From positions 1-48,604 of the forward strand of contig JAYQLI010000041.1 of NCBI GenBank assembly GCA_038143065.1: a stretch of 48,604 nt of DNA, written 5' to 3'. This DNA is from Rhodospirillales bacterium. Lineage in GTDB: Bacteria; Pseudomonadota; Alphaproteobacteria; Bin95. Positions 1 to 10,917 of this stretch are shown piece by piece; position 1 is the stretch's first letter; every line of letters starts with the position of its first letter. The translations under genes were made by a program, and so were the position numbers. The notes under the pieces are model-generated. The model saw nothing but the letters and a program-made list of their open reading frames with translations. It did no database searches and was not told where the DNA came from.

Positions 1-322
1 CAAGCTGGAATTGACGCTGCACGCCCAGGTGCCACCTGCCGTGACCTTTATGAGGCAATGTCTACCGTAATTGCAGAAATTGATGATAGTGGTGGTGACA
101 TAGGAAGACTTGGTCATGGCCTTGGAATGCAACTAACAGAACAGCCTTCACATGCTATATTTTGACACGACTGTTCTTCAGGAAAATATGGTGCTTACAA
201 TAGAACCGTCTCTTAGTTACGGAAACGGCAAGATGATGGTTCATGAAGAGAACATTGTTGTTTCGGAAGGCCAAGCGAGACTATTGACTAAACGTGCTCA
301 ACCTCAGCTGCCAATAATATAA
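1..322 (+). CDS. M24 family metallopeptidase (Xaa-Pro peptidase-like), 3' part, one frameshift near 160
   Basis: Manual translation gives GRLGHGLGMQLTEQPS...VLTIEPS...MMVHEENIVV, the M24 C-terminal motifs; TAA at 320-322. Confidence 0.8.
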
Positions 323-409
323 TAAGCGCTAGTTCTCTGAAGGTTCAGGTTTGGGATGATCAGGTTGTTTGCGTGATAGGTAGCCTTGCACATATTGCTC
401 ATGATAATT

Positions 410-1572
410 TTATTTAGGCGAAGTCTGTTGCAACGCCTGCGAAAGATCCGAGATGAGATCATCAGTTTGTTCAAGCCCTATATTCAGTCGTACTATTGCG
501 CCGCTGAAATCTTTATTTGGTCTTTTAGCAAATCGGGGTAAAAAATTACTGCGAGGCTATGTACACCGCCCCAGCTCATACCTATTCTGAAAACTTCTAA
601 AGAATTAATAAAGGTTTCTGCATGTGCGACGCTTAAGTAATTTTTAAATACGAAAGAAAACACGCTGCTTGAACCGGAGAAATCACGCTTCCAAATCTTA
701 TGTCCCGGACATGTAGGCAGAGCAGGATGTAATACTTTTTCTATTAACGGGTGTTTTGCTAACCAGTTTGCAATTTGCAGTGTAGATGTTTCCAAAGCAT
801 CTAAGCGCACGCCTAACGTCTGTATTCCTCGTAACGCTAGACCACAATCGTCGGGAGAAACAGCGAGCCCTAGCTGTTGATATACTGGACCTAGCTTGGA
901 ATAGGCTGAGTCGTCTCGTGCAGATACAGCGCCAAGCAGATCGCTGTGACCTCCAACGTATTTTGTTAAAGCCTGCATACTTACGTCAACACCATATGAA
1001 AACGCATCAAACATAACACCGGCTGAGTATGTGTTATCCAATGCAACAGCTACATCCATTGATTGAGCTGCGGATACAATTGCCGGAATATCTTGAATTT
1101 CCATGGTTACTGAGCCTGGACTTTCGCACCAAATCAGTTTGGTGTTTTCACGAATTAAGCCAGATATGCTCGCCCCGATCATGGGATCATATTCTTCTAC
1201 TTCAACGCCAAAGCCGCGCATCAAACCTTCTGCAATTGCTTTATTGGGGCCATATGCCGAAAAGGGCACTAATGCATGGCTTCCTGACTGGCAATATGAC
1301 AGATAAATCAATGCAATCGCGGCTTGGCCACCGGAACGATAAATGTCTCTCGTGCACCTTCTATCTCCGCAATACGACTTGCAAGTTTCAAGTGTTGTTG
1401 GAGTTCCATAAAGTCCATACGAATATCCATTTTCCGCTTGTCTCCAATCGTCAGTTACAGCGGACTGTTCATTGAATAGAACGGTGGAGCCTCTATAGAT
1501 GGGGGTCGCGAGTGAAGCATAATCGCGTCTCGCACGCGGAGTTGATCTAAAAAGTTTTGTGCGCCAGTGCAT
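410..1572 (-). CDS. metC: Cystathionine beta-lyase (PLP-dependent), frameshifted
   Basis: YGLYGTPT, ESPGS, DNTY, ALTKYVGGHSD, GMSWGG; the C-terminus continues in another frame as IVRLNIGLEQTDDLISDL to TAA at 410. Confidence 0.88.
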
Positions 1573-2110
1573 GCGTCACCTTATTCAACTTTTGCAGCTT
1601 GCACCTGCATTTTGATCGAATTCAAGACTGCTATGCTTAGTTTCTTCATTTAGGTATTACCGGTCAACAGCAGACTTAAAAATCTTACTACTGGTAATAA
1701 AGTTCCTGTGCAACCTTCGGATCGATCTCTAGATACTCCGGCAAGCCGCCTTGCACGCGAGTTAACAAGTGTCTCAACTGCTCCATAGATTAACCATCCC
1801 ATTTGCTTCTTTAAACCCAAGTCTGTCATCCAGATAATTATCACAAGGCTTAAAGTTAACAATGCGTCTGTGCGCATGATGCGCATGAGTTTTCTATAGA
1901 GTACTTCAGAAACCAAAAAGTACCCAATGTTACACAGGTGTTCTATAGAAACTTGATGCGCAAGGGACGCAATGCAAATCTACGACATCTTCAGTCTACA
2001 TCTGACCGGACAACAGCAACAACAACGATCGACCTTTAGTCGCCTTTTTGAAATCCATTGTTCCTACAAGCCACTGGGGGTCCACTTCGGTCAACATGGG
2101 ACCCCAACTC

Positions 2111-2140
2111 AGGCCACCACAGGCCACCACAGAGGCCACC
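2111..2140 (+). repeat. Tandem AGGCCACCAC repeats, probable integrase arm-type sites
   Basis: aggccaccac aggccaccac agaggccacc; the same GGCCACCAC motif lies at the integrase start (14668-14688, - strand). Confidence 0.6.
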
Positions 2141-2236
2141 AAATCTAGCGTAGACATTGGACTCGGTCAGCTGCTAACCTATTGATATCGTTAGAAGCAT
2201 GGGTCTACTTGGGTCCTTAGGAAGGAACCAACGTCT

Positions 2237-2322
2237 CTCTGGGGGCACCACTTTCCTAAGTTATCTCAGGTTAAACCACTGATTTCCAACGATTTACTGT
2301 CATGTCAATCGTGGGAGGCCAC
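2237..2322 (+). repeat. Left inverted repeat: tRNA-3'-like att core plus integrase leader
   Basis: ctctgggggcacca...gtgggaggccac is the reverse complement of 14681-14765 except for one G in a homopolymer. Confidence 0.95.
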
Positions 2323-2544
2323 TCAACAGGCCAAGGTATCGACGTTATTACATAAAAAGACGTCTCTTCTTCCCACAAAGTTTGCGACAAAGCCTGAAAG
2401 AGTGCGCGTATTTCATCGCTGATCATGGCGTGAAAGTGAACAACATCTTCTCGGACCGCTTGTTGTTAGGCGGTACTGACCGCGCTTACAAAGAGTTCGA
2501 CAAACAGGCCAGTGGCAAAGGGGTGTTTGTTTTCTAGGGATAGG

Positions 2545-3633
2545 TCAATGGTCCACCCAAACTCCATCCTGTTCCGAGCTTTCGAGGCAGGCTTTGATGA
2601 ACCACATGCCTTCTAGTCCCGAATTCAAATCGGGCAGTTCGGATCCATTGGACACACCGGATATCACATCGGCGACGTCCGAGTAGATATTTGCAAAGCC
2701 CTCAAGATATCCCTCTGGGTGTCCGGGCGGAATACGCGTACCGGCGTCTCCACCATAGCCGCGCGTCAAGGTCTGTGGAGGTTGACCAAATTTTGCAAAA
2801 CGCATCTGATTTGGATTTTCCTGACGCCATTCAAGGCTGCCCCTGTCGCCGTAGATGCTTAGACGCAAATCATTTTCGTGGCCGATTGCCACTTGACTGG
2901 CCCAGACCTGACCCTTCGCACCGCGTTCAAACCGCAAGCGGATATGCGCGTTGTCGTCGACCAGACGCCCTGGCACGAAGCTATGCAGCTCGGCGGACAG
3001 CGCTTCGGTTTTCAGTCCCGAGACATAAGACAACAAATTAAACGCATGGGTGCCGATATCACCAATCGCGCCCGCACCCGCTTGCTTCGGGTCAGTCCGC
3101 CAATCGGCTTGCTTATTGTGGGTTTCTTCCGCCAGCCAGTCCTGCGCATATTCTGCCTGAACAACGCGAATGGTGCCCAATTCACCGGCCTCGACAAGCT
3201 TCCGCGCCTGACGGACCAAAGGATAGCCAGTGTAATTATGGGTCAGGAAAAACTGCGCTCTCGAATTGGCCGCCGCTTTTTTAATCGCGTCTGCTTGCTC
3301 TTGCGTCGCGGCTAAAGGTTTGTCGCAAATCACATGGATGCCTGCGTTCAGAAAGGTAATCGCCGGACCAGCGTGCATGTGGTTCGGGGTAACAATTGAA
3401 ACGGCGTCGATGCCATCCCCCATAGCAGCTTCTGCAACCGCCATTTGTTCATAGGATGCATAAGACCGTTTTAGCCCCAATTCTGCCGCCGAAGCCGCCG
3501 CCCGTTCCGAATTTGACGAAAGCGCACCTGCAACCAGGTCCCAGCGATTGTCTAACCGCGCGGCAAAGCGGTGGACGCCTCCGATAAAGCCCCCTTGGCC
3601 ACCGCCAACCATTCCGAGTTTCAGTTTCTTCAT
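2545..3633 (-). CDS. Gfo/Idh/MocA oxidoreductase (putative glucose 3-dehydrogenase / 3-ketoglucose reductase, LgdC-like)
   Basis: GMVGGGQGGFIG, ICDKP, GDIGTH, PPGHPEGYLEGFANIY; the specific role is inferred from context. Confidence 0.85.
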   Translation of the reverse strand: MKKLKLGMVGGGQGGFIGGVHRFAARLDNRWDLVAGALSSNSERAAASAAELGLKRSYASYEQMAVAEAAMGDGIDAVSIVTPNHMHAGPAITFLNAGIHVICDKPLAATQEQADAIKKAAANSRAQFFLTHNYTGYPLVRQARKLVEAGELGTIRVVQAEYAQDWLAEETHNKQADWRTDPKQAGAGAIGDIGTHAFNLLSYVSGLKTEALSAELHSFVPGRLVDDNAHIRLRFERGAKGQVWASQVAIGHENDLRLSIYGDRGSLEWRQENPNQMRFAKFGQPPQTLTRGYGGDAGTRIPPGHPEGYLEGFANIYSDVADVISGVSNGSELPDLNSGLEGMWFIKACLESSEQDGVWVDH

Positions 3634-4688
3634 AGTCCCAGCATCCGATTAATTTGTGCTTGGTCCCGTTCGCCACCGGCAAAATCGTCAAAGGCTTTGT
3701 CTGTGACGTCGATCAGATGTGATGCAATAAACGGAGCACCTTCGGCCGCACCCTGCTCGAGTGATTTGATGCAGCACTCCCATTCCATGACAGCCCAACT
3801 GTCATAGCCATAATGGGTCAGCTTCGAGAAAATTCCCGCGAAATCCACCTGACCGTCGCCAAGGCTGCGGAAGCGGCCAGCGCGATTGGTCCAGTTCTGA
3901 TAGCCCGAGTACACGCCCTGACGGCCATCGGGATTGAACTCGGCATCTTTGACATGGAAAGCGTTGATCCGGTCGTGGTAAAGATCGATGAACGCCAGAT
4001 AGTCCAACTGTTGCAGCACAAAATGGCTTGGGTCATAGGTGATCCTAGCGGACTTGTGGCCATCCACAGCATCAAGGAACATCTCCCACGTCGCACCGTC
4101 AAACACATCTTCGCCAGGATGGATTTCAAAGCCAAGATCCTGACCGTGTTCCGAATAGAAATCCAGAATGGGCTTCCAGCGACGACCCAGTTCGGCAAAG
4201 GCTTCTTCTATCAAGCCCTGCGGGCGCTGCGGCCAAGGATAAAGAAACGGGAAAGCAAGAGAGCCCGTGAAACCGACTATATTGCTCAGGCCAAGACGCT
4301 CGGAAGCAATTGCCGACTTTTTGACCTGATCCACCGCCCACTCGGTCCGTTCTTGCGGTTTACCACGTAGCGCTTCCGGAGCGAAGATGTCAAAGGCTTC
4401 GTTGTACGCGGGCGCAACCGCCACCAGCTGACCTTGCAGGTGAACCGACAATTCAGTGATTTCAACACCAGCTTCAGCGCAAATGCCCTTTACATCGTCA
4501 ATATAAGTATCGCTAGCAACAGCCTTTTCCAGATCAAACAGGCGCCCGTCGATGGTTGGGACTTGCACCCCTTTGTAACCCAGATCCGCCGCCCATTTCG
4601 TGATGTTTTCAAGGTTGTTAAACGGCGCCTCATCTCCGGCGAACTGAGCCAGAAATAGTGCGGGGCCTTTGATCTGCGATGCCATCAC
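3630..4688 (-). CDS. Sugar phosphate isomerase/epimerase TIM barrel (putative 3-ketosugar hydratase, LgdB2-like)
   Basis: FEIHPGE, YDPSH, FHVKDAE, GRFRSLGDG, MEWEC motifs. Confidence 0.85.
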   Translation of the reverse strand: MMASQIKGPALFLAQFAGDEAPFNNLENITKWAADLGYKGVQVPTIDGRLFDLEKAVASDTYIDDVKGICAEAGVEITELSVHLQGQLVAVAPAYNEAFDIFAPEALRGKPQERTEWAVDQVKKSAIASERLGLSNIVGFTGSLAFPFLYPWPQRPQGLIEEAFAELGRRWKPILDFYSEHGQDLGFEIHPGEDVFDGATWEMFLDAVDGHKSARITYDPSHFVLQQLDYLAFIDLYHDRINAFHVKDAEFNPDGRQGVYSGYQNWTNRAGRFRSLGDGQVDFAGIFSKLTHYGYDSWAVMEWECCIKSLEQGAAEGAPFIASHLIDVTDKAFDDFAGGERDQAQINRMLGL

Positions 4689-4987
4689 GCCATCTCGCTT
4701 ATCATGTTCAGGTGGCGGATATCGACAGGACAGTCCAGCAGCCTGTCAAGTTGTGTAAACAGCGGCTTTAGATGTGGCATTTCCAGATGCGCATCCAAAT
4801 CTGCCTGACTTCGCCAATTTTCATAGAAAACAAAACAGCAGGGTCTTTTGCATCAACGTGAAAATCATAATTGATGCAGCCTTCTTCTGCCCGCGTTGGG
4901 TCAACTTGGCTTGCGAGTAGATCATACAGTTCTTCCCAGGGTGTCAGGTTTTGCCGTAACGGTGCCGATAATGGTGACATGTGTCAT
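4685..4987 (-). CDS. Putative quinol monooxygenase (ABM family), frameshifted
   Basis: MTHVTIIGTVTAKP...PTRAEEGCINYDFH...FYENWRSQADLDAHLEMPHL read across frames. Confidence 0.8.
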
Positions 4988-4990
4988 GGA

Positions 4991-5959
4991 TCAGCTCCTT
5001 TTCTGACTTAGCGCAACGGCTAAGATGATAATGCCACCACGGGCGATCAGTTGCTGGCTGAACTCCAGCCCCATCAGGATCAGACCGTTGTTGATCAGAC
5101 CGATCATCAAAGCCCCAACAATGGTGCCTATCACTGTGCCTTTACCACCGAACAAAGATGTACCACCCAGCACTGCGGCAGCGATAACCGAAAGCTCGTC
5201 GCCCTCTCCCAGCTGGAACCGACCCGATTGCAAACGGCCCGCATAGAGCATTCCCGCAATTGCCGCTGCTGTGGATGAAAGAACCAGCACTCGAAACTTG
5301 ATGCGGGCGGTATTAATACCGGAATAGCTGGCCGCCTGTTCACCACCGCCAGTTGCCAGAACGCGGCGACCGAAGCTGGTGCGGCGCAGCACGACGTGAC
5401 CAACAGCACCAAAGATGAGCATCCAAAACAACAGAACCGGCACAAGCCCTATTGAGCCTCCGCCGAACCACCAGGCATAGCTTTGCGAAAGGATCGGAAC
5501 CGCAGCAGTATCAGAGACCCACATAGCGATGCCTTTTGCGATCCCCATCATGGCAAGCGTGGTCAGGAACGATGGGATGCCTATTTTGGTCGTCAGCCAG
5601 CCGTTAAACACACCGATCGCGATCCCGGTCGCCAATCCGGCAATTATACCGCCAAAAGGTCCGGCGACGGATATCGCCATGGCCACGCTTACACTGGCGA
5701 GCCCGGCAACCGCCCCTACGGACAGGTCAATCTCACCTGCCGATAACACGAAAGTCATTGCAACAGCCATCACCGCGATCATGGTTGTCTGGCGCACGAT
5801 GTTCAGTAGATTGTTCATGTTCAAAAAGCCGCGGTCGTTCAGCGTCAGGGCGAAGATTACAAAGATCGCAACAAAGCCAATGTAGATGATGTTTTGGCGC
5901 CAGTTTGCCAGAAACGCGTTAAATGCCTTTGACGTTGGATTTGTGTCAGCGTTGACCAT
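4991..5959 (-). CDS. Sugar ABC transporter permease (RbsC family)
   Basis: GEIDLSVG, IPSFLTTL, ELSVIAAAVLGGTSLFGGKG. Confidence 0.93.
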   Translation of the reverse strand: MVNADTNPTSKAFNAFLANWRQNIIYIGFVAIFVIFALTLNDRGFLNMNNLLNIVRQTTMIAVMAVAMTFVLSAGEIDLSVGAVAGLASVSVAMAISVAGPFGGIIAGLATGIAIGVFNGWLTTKIGIPSFLTTLAMMGIAKGIAMWVSDTAAVPILSQSYAWWFGGGSIGLVPVLLFWMLIFGAVGHVVLRRTSFGRRVLATGGGEQAASYSGINTARIKFRVLVLSSTAAAIAGMLYAGRLQSGRFQLGEGDELSVIAAAVLGGTSLFGGKGTVIGTIVGALMIGLINNGLILMGLEFSQQLIARGGIIILAVALSQKRS

Positions 5960-7519
5960 TGGAAACCTCCTGCCCTGCGGTCAGGGCCTCTTGAATTGCG
6001 ATTTGCAGTCGTTGTTCGGCGAGCTGCAATCTATGGGCAGCGTTGGAATTGACCTCGGCAGGATCTTCCAGATCGACATGAGGGATGTCATCATAGACGC
6101 GGCCGTCTGCCATCACGATGATGCGGTCGCAGGCGGTCAGCAGTTCTGATAACTCGGATGAAATCATCAGGATTGCCTTACCGCTGGCCGCCAGATCCCG
6201 AACCATTTGGATGATCTCGGATTTGGAGCCAATGTCGATACCCGCGGTCGGTTCGTCCAAGACAAACACGTCGGGGTCTGCAGCTAACCATTTTCCAATG
6301 ACAACCTTTTGCTGATTACCGCCGGACAAAGTGCTGACTGCATGATTTCGACTGGCGGTTTTAATCGACAAGCTCTTTATCTGGGCATCAGTCGTTTGGC
6401 GCAACTTGTTGACATCAACAAATCCGGCGTTGGATAGATCGTCGAGCACCGCAAGAGTTGCGTTGTCGGCAACCGAGTGTGCCGGAATAATGCCTTGGGT
6501 CGCACGCGCCTCGGGCACCAGCGCCACGCCGGCCGCTATAGCATCGCTTGGACGGCGAATGTTCACGGGGCGGTCGTTGATAAGGATCTCTCCCGAGGTG
6601 ATCGGCTCAATGCCCGCGATCAACTTTGCCAAAGATGTCCGGCCTGATCCCAAAAGACCTGCAAGTCCCACAACCTCGCCCTTGTGGATGCTCAACGAAA
6701 TGTTCTGAGGCTTGTCGCGCCCGCAAACATTGCGCAGCTCCAGCGCAATATCGCCGCGTATGGCGTCTTTGCGTTCGACATCCGCCAGTCCTAGCGAGCG
6801 TTTGCCGACGATATGTTCGATCATGGTGTCAATCCGAAGATCAGCTATATTGGCCGTAGTCACATGCTTACCATCCCGCAAGATTGTGGCACGGTCGGCA
6901 ATTCGGGCAATTTCATCCATGCGGTGGCTGACATAGATAATCGCCACGCCTTGGGATTTCAGTTTACGCAGAAAGGTAAACAGACGGTTCACATCCGACA
7001 CTGCCAACGCAGTCGAGGTTCGTCCAGTACCAGAACCCGCGCATCCTGCGAGATCGCTTTAACGATCTCGGTCAGTTGCTTTTGCCCTGCCCCCAAGTCT
7101 CCGACAATCGAGACAGGGTCAATGTCTACCTCTAGCATATGGAACAACTCAGCCGCCTTGCGCTCGGCCTCTTTGTCGTTGATCATCCCGCCTGTCAGGG
7201 GTTCGCGTGTCAGAAATACATTCTGCGCCACTGTAAGCGTCGGTATCAGGCTCATTTCCTGATAGTTCATGGCAATTCCTGCGGCACGGGATGCAGCAGG
7301 TGTGTGGGTGGTCAGCGGGACGCCGGCCACCTCGATCGTTCCGGCGGTGGGTATATGAACCCCGTTCAGAACCTTCAGGATGGTTGATTTGCCAGCACCA
7401 TTGCCGCCCAGAAGGGCATGGACTTCACCAGCGAAGACCTCAAAATCCACGTTATCGAGAGCCTTGACGCCACCAAAGTGTTTGGAAATGCCCGTCATGC
7501 GGACGGCAACAGTTGACAT
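5946..7519 (-). CDS. Sugar ABC transporter ATPase (RbsA-type, two domains), frameshift near 7010
   Basis: GGNGAGKST, VLDEP, LSGGNQQKV, LDEPTAGID split over two ORFs. Confidence 0.92.
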
Positions 7520-8682
7520 CAGATGGACTCCCACGCGCCACTTTCACCCGACCGCAGCAAGGCATCCGCGACTTTTTCCGTCAAAAGAGCCTCTTCAAAA
7601 TTCGGCGACGGCTGGGTGCCATCGACAATGGCTTTGCAGAAATCGTAACATTCGATGATCTTGGTTTCGCCATAGCCTATACCAAGCGCAGGGATTGGCC
7701 ATAGACCTTCGCCGTAGGGATGCGCTGGACCGGTATAGATAGTCCGGAAACCTCGCGCTTCACCGGTATCGTCGGCGAACATCACCTGCAATTCATCACG
7801 GCGTTCATAGTTGAACAGGATTGACCCCTTGGTGCCATGTATTTCTAACGTAAGGAAGTTGTTGCGACCCCAGGCGTTGCGGGTGGCTTCAATGCTGCCA
7901 ATCGCCCCCGATTTAAAGCGCACCATCGACATAACTTCATCGTCCACATCAACTGGGGCGCGTTCCGCATCTGAAGATTTGTCTGATGCACCCAGCTTGT
8001 CCAGGCCACCCTGTTGGATAGGACGGGTTTTCACATAGGTTGGGGTAATGGCTTGAACGGTGTCAATCGGACCAACCAGATAGTGGGCCATATCCACAAC
8101 ATGGGTCCCAATGTCTCCGACCGCACCAGAGCCCGCGATGCTTTTCTGAAAGCGCCACGACAACGGACCATTTGGATCAGCCGACCAATCCTGCAAATAA
8201 GTGCCACGGAAATTGATCACGTCACCGATCTTTCCTTCTTCGATGAACTTTTTGGCCAGCGCTACCGCAGGTGTGCGGCGGTAATTGAAGGCAACCATCG
8301 TCGTTGTGCCCGAGGCCCTGGCCGCTTTGACCATGGCAACACTTTCTTCGAGCGTCGACGCCAAAGGCTTTTCGCAAATTACATGTTTGCCCGCCTTCAG
8401 TGCTTCAATCGCAATCTCAGCATGGGCATTATTGGGCGTGCAAATATCCACTATATCGATGTCAGTGCGGTTGACGGTTGCTTTCCAGTCGCTCGAAGCT
8501 TCGTCAAAACCAAAACGGTCACGGGCATCTTGCGCTGCACCTTCGGTCAGATCGACCACCACTTTGCGGTGAGGAATTGCGGGGGCAGGCCAGAAAAACA
8601 TTGGCATTGCGGCATAGGCCATGGCATGCGCCTTGCCCATGAAACCGCCGCCAATCATGGCAACGTTTAAGGTCTTAGTCAT
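7519..8682 (-). CDS. lgdA: Levoglucosan dehydrogenase-like Gfo/Idh/MocA oxidoreductase
   Basis: AYAAMPMFFWPAPA, YLQDWSADPNGPLSWRFQKSIAGSG and YTGPAHPYGEGLWPIPALGIGYGETKIIE match my recollection of characterised LGDH. Confidence 0.82.
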   Translation of the reverse strand: MTKTLNVAMIGGGFMGKAHAMAYAAMPMFFWPAPAIPHRKVVVDLTEGAAQDARDRFGFDEASSDWKATVNRTDIDIVDICTPNNAHAEIAIEALKAGKHVICEKPLASTLEESVAMVKAARASGTTTMVAFNYRRTPAVALAKKFIEEGKIGDVINFRGTYLQDWSADPNGPLSWRFQKSIAGSGAVGDIGTHVVDMAHYLVGPIDTVQAITPTYVKTRPIQQGGLDKLGASDKSSDAERAPVDVDDEVMSMVRFKSGAIGSIEATRNAWGRNNFLTLEIHGTKGSILFNYERRDELQVMFADDTGEARGFRTIYTGPAHPYGEGLWPIPALGIGYGETKIIECYDFCKAIVDGTQPSPNFEEALLTEKVADALLRSGESGAWESI

Positions 8683-8713
8683 CGGAAAGCTCCGTCAAAA
8701 TGTGGTAAGGGGT

Positions 8714-8744
8714 GGTCCTGCGGCAAGGGAGGCTCCGCAGGACC
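8714..8744. other. Intergenic GC-rich hairpin after the binding-protein gene
   Basis: ggtcctgcgg...ccgcaggacc 10-bp stem, no U-tail. Confidence 0.55.
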
Positions 8745-8753
8745 GGTGCATGA

Positions 8754-9872
8754 TTATTTCATGCTGCTTTGGATGTTTTTGGTGGCTTCTGAGCGATAAA
8801 CTGTTTGCCAAGCCTCCAGAAGGTTGTCTTTGCTGACCGGAAGTGCCGGCAAGGCAACAAAGGCAGGGGCAGCTTTATCCAGCAGGCCATAACCCGCCAG
8901 CATCGCTTCGGCGACACCCTGATCAAACGGACGCTGCGCGCCCAGGCCTTTGATGAAACCGCCCTGTGCCATGTTGATGGCAACGTTCTCGCCCAAGTCG
9001 ATCGTGGTGATGATTAGATCGTTACGACCAGCGACGCGTGCAGCCGAAATTACACCTTCGGCAGGGATATCCCAAACAGCCCAAATGCCGTCGATATCAG
9101 ACCGAGAGGTTAGCATGGCCGAGGCCACTTTTTCTGCATCGCCAGTGAAGTCCGGTCCGCCAATACCCTGTTCGACAACAATTTCGATCTCAGGATAGTT
9201 TGCCTCAACGGTTGCTTTGAATGCGTCATAGCGCTGACGTGTCACAAAGAAGTCCGCGGCGTGATAAACCAGACCGATCTGACCGCCATCCTCGCCAAGG
9301 GCCTCCGCCATCAGATGGGCTGCCGCAACACCGTTGCCGTAGTTGTCGGCTGACACAACCGACACATAGTCCTCGCCGGCAGTCATGCCCGGAGGAGTAT
9401 TTTCCATGAACACGATTTTCACACCAGCTTCCGCAGCCGCTTTGTACGCTGCAGCAGTTGCTGCCGGATCAGTGGGAACAGATACGATAATATCTGGCTG
9501 ACGCGCCATGACAGTTTCGATATCTGCCACCTGCTTTTCTGGCTTAAAGCCAGCGTCAGTGACGGCGATAACGTCGATACCCATTTCAGCGAACTGGAAT
9601 TTCAAACCTTCGATCTGTGCACGCGACCAATCGTTTCCGCCGTAATGCATAACAATCGCCGCAGTTGCATTCATAGCTTTGATCTGGTCGATCTCGGCAC
9701 CGCTCAGCGACAGATCAGCCGCCGGGCTTGGGTCCTCGCCGTTCGGTCCTTTGGACAGAACGCTTTCCTGAAGCGCAGCCAAAGCTGCGGTCGGATCTGC
9801 CGCTGCCGGCATAGCGCTAAGAGCAATTGCAATCGCGGCAACCGATCCCATAAGTGTTCTACGTGTAAACAT
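8754..9872 (-). CDS. Sugar ABC transporter substrate-binding protein
   Basis: MFTRRTLMGS...PAAA signal peptide, GGAGGA RBS, Peripla_BP-type motifs such as SADNYGNG. Confidence 0.9.
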   Translation of the reverse strand: MFTRRTLMGSVAAIAIALSAMPAAADPTAALAALQESVLSKGPNGEDPSPAADLSLSGAEIDQIKAMNATAAIVMHYGGNDWSRAQIEGLKFQFAEMGIDVIAVTDAGFKPEKQVADIETVMARQPDIIVSVPTDPAATAAAYKAAAEAGVKIVFMENTPPGMTAGEDYVSVVSADNYGNGVAAAHLMAEALGEDGGQIGLVYHAADFFVTRQRYDAFKATVEANYPEIEIVVEQGIGGPDFTGDAEKVASAMLTSRSDIDGIWAVWDIPAEGVISAARVAGRNDLIITTIDLGENVAINMAQGGFIKGLGAQRPFDQGVAEAMLAGYGLLDKAAPAFVALPALPVSKDNLLEAWQTVYRSEATKNIQSSMK

Positions 9873-9919
9873 TGTTCTTCCTCCCAGAAGATGGGGCGAA
9901 CCCCGTGAAAATAAACCGA

Positions 9920-10731
9920 TTAGGCTTGGGTTAGGTAGTCCATGCTGGCACGTGCACCTTCGGCAGGGTCGTCCCAGGCATCTAGTTCGGTGCAGACCCA
10001 TCCGGTGAACTGCGTCTCGCGCATGGCGGCGATAATCGGGTCGGTCGGCACATCACCGCGATCCAGCGGTGTGAACGCAAAAGGTTCGTTTTGAAGCCCT
10101 TTAAGATGAATGTAGGATATGCGGTCAGCGTGATCGCGGATCAGTTGCGCCGGGTCGCCTCCGGCCGCTGCCAAATGTGCGGTATCGGGGCAGAAATCTA
10201 TGGCTGTTAGGTCGAAAATTCTGCTCACATCGGCCGGACCTTCAACAATCGTTGAAAGATGCGGGTGGTAATGAGCGGTCAGGCTGCGTTCCTCGGCCAA
10301 GGCCTTAACGCGATCTAATGCAGCGCCCAGTTTGTCATAGTCGGTATCGCGGATACCATCAAAACGCTTGGCTCCACCGCCGACCACCAGATGCGGCGCG
10401 CCCAACTCGGCGGCGCGGTCAGCGGCACGGTGATGCGGGCCAACTCCTCGGGCAGGATATCGTCGAAAATGAAGTTGGCACCTGAATAGGCAGCCACAAG
10501 CGTCAAACCGTTGTTGGTCAGCAGGCCGCGAAAGTCGGCGGCGCTGTAGTCCAGCAGGTTACCATCAAACAATTCAACGCCAGCGTAACCTGCCGCTGCG
10601 ATTTCGGCGCAGGCACGATCTATGTCGCCAAAGGTTCGGTAACTTAGCTGTGTGATCGATGTCACGCCTTCGGCATTACCACCAAGATCCCCCCAACAGT
10701 TCGCCTGATAAGCCAGCTTCCATTCGCTCAT
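9920..10731 (-). CDS. Sugar phosphate isomerase/epimerase TIM barrel (putative 3-keto-levoglucosan eliminase, LgdB1-like), frameshift near 10420
   Basis: GYAGVELFDG, YHPH, PDTAH, YIHLKG, TELD over two ORFs. Confidence 0.8.
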
Positions 10732-10917
10732 TTCACTCTCCTCCAGTCGGCTGATTGCGCCGTCGAGGTAGTTGATAAGTCGATAATTACATCTTAGTCA
10801 ACATTTTTTATGCTTAAGTATCATATCTTTTGCTTTTTTTATGCAAAAGTCGTTACTTGCCATGCAAAATTAGACCGACTATTGTCGACCAAGTAGAGTT
10901 GTGAGAGAAGAAAATTC

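Noticed and set aside
1-322. DMSP lyase DddP
   Set aside because: The fragment supports only a generic M24 assignment
1650-1916. 88-aa ORF upstream of metC
   Set aside because: No recognisable motif, RBS or standard start
2160-2250. Complete tRNA gene ending in GGGGGCACCA
   Set aside because: Only the last ~19 nt are tRNA-like; there is no D-arm, TTCG T-loop or matching 5' acceptor strand, so it is called an att core
10770-10850. ROK operator (ttttttatgc repeats, cttttgc...gcaaaag dyad)
   Set aside because: Plausible location but too AT-rich and low in complexity to call
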